Of a stretch of 64,000 nt of DNA, positions 63,701-64,000 are shown in pieces. Origin of the DNA: a virus; IMG/VR virus record IMGVR_UViG_3300005253_000144, positions 1 to 64,000 of that record. One strand, written 5' to 3'. The notes below the pieces were generated by a model. It ran no database searches and was not told the DNA's origin. It worked only from the letters and a program-made list of their open reading frames with translations. Position numbers and translations under genes: made by a program. Positions within the stretch are counted from its first letter, which is position 1. Every line of letters starts with the position of its first letter.

Positions 63701-64000
63701 TCACTGCTCCCGCTCTTTTGCCGACCAAAGCGGCAATAACGATAAATCTTTTCCCTCCCCATCCTTCCCTTGGCCAGCTTCCCAGCTTTGCAATGCCTTT
63801 AATCCTAGGCGCTTACTTGCTAGTTTTAGATAATCCATAGCTATGTCTAGGCCAATGCCGTGCCTACCTAACTTGCGAGCCACGATAAGCGTTGTGCCAG
63901 AGCCGATAAAGGGGTCTAAAACCAAAGATGGCTCAAGCTCAATTTCCAAAACGCCCGCGCCCAAACAATCTGAACAAACAATTTCCAGTTTGTCCTCTGG
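63701..64000 (-). CDS. DNA methyltransferase, C-terminal part (starts beyond the window)
   Basis: 'VLDPFIGSGTT...GIGLD'; frame stays open to 64000 (PEDKLEIVCSDCLG). Confidence 0.8.
   Translation of the reverse strand, partial: PEDKLEIVCSDCLGAGVLEIELEPSLVLDPFIGSGTTLIVARKLGRHGIGLDIAMDYLKLASKRLGLKALQSWEAGQGKDGEGKDLSLLPLWSAKEREQ

Overview
A 64 kb segment of a tailed dsDNA phage with a siphovirus-like layout, almost all on the minus strand. Read right to left: an early/accessory region (~40.8-64 kb) holds three DNA methyltransferases, an RNA ligase, a SpoU/TrmH RNA methyltransferase, ClpP, an RlaP-type nucleotidyltransferase, HNH nucleases, a GH25 endolysin, a secreted lytic transglycosylase and a lipoprotein. 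Next come TerS/TerL, a portal-MuF fusion, a cluster of head-associated accessory genes (2H phosphoesterase, ChaB-like, HiPIP-like protease/scaffold), the major capsid protein, and the neck and tail genes. Two things stand out. (1) A ~12.6 kb glycan-synthesis locus sits between the capsid and neck genes: six glycosyltransferases, RfbF/RfbG/RfbH plus RmlC- and RmlD-like enzymes (CDP-3,6-dideoxyhexose type), a sulfotransferase and a methyltransferase. By manual count, a [S/T]-G-[S/T] motif is enriched in the outer virion proteins. Together these suggest a self-contained, sequon-directed virion glycosylation system. (2) A near-consensus sigma70 promoter precedes a non-coding unit with an aberrant tRNA-like RNA and a ~300 nt multi-helix RNA. 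All family assignments come from motif recognition by eye; no searches were run. The host may be Chloroflexota-like (weak inference).
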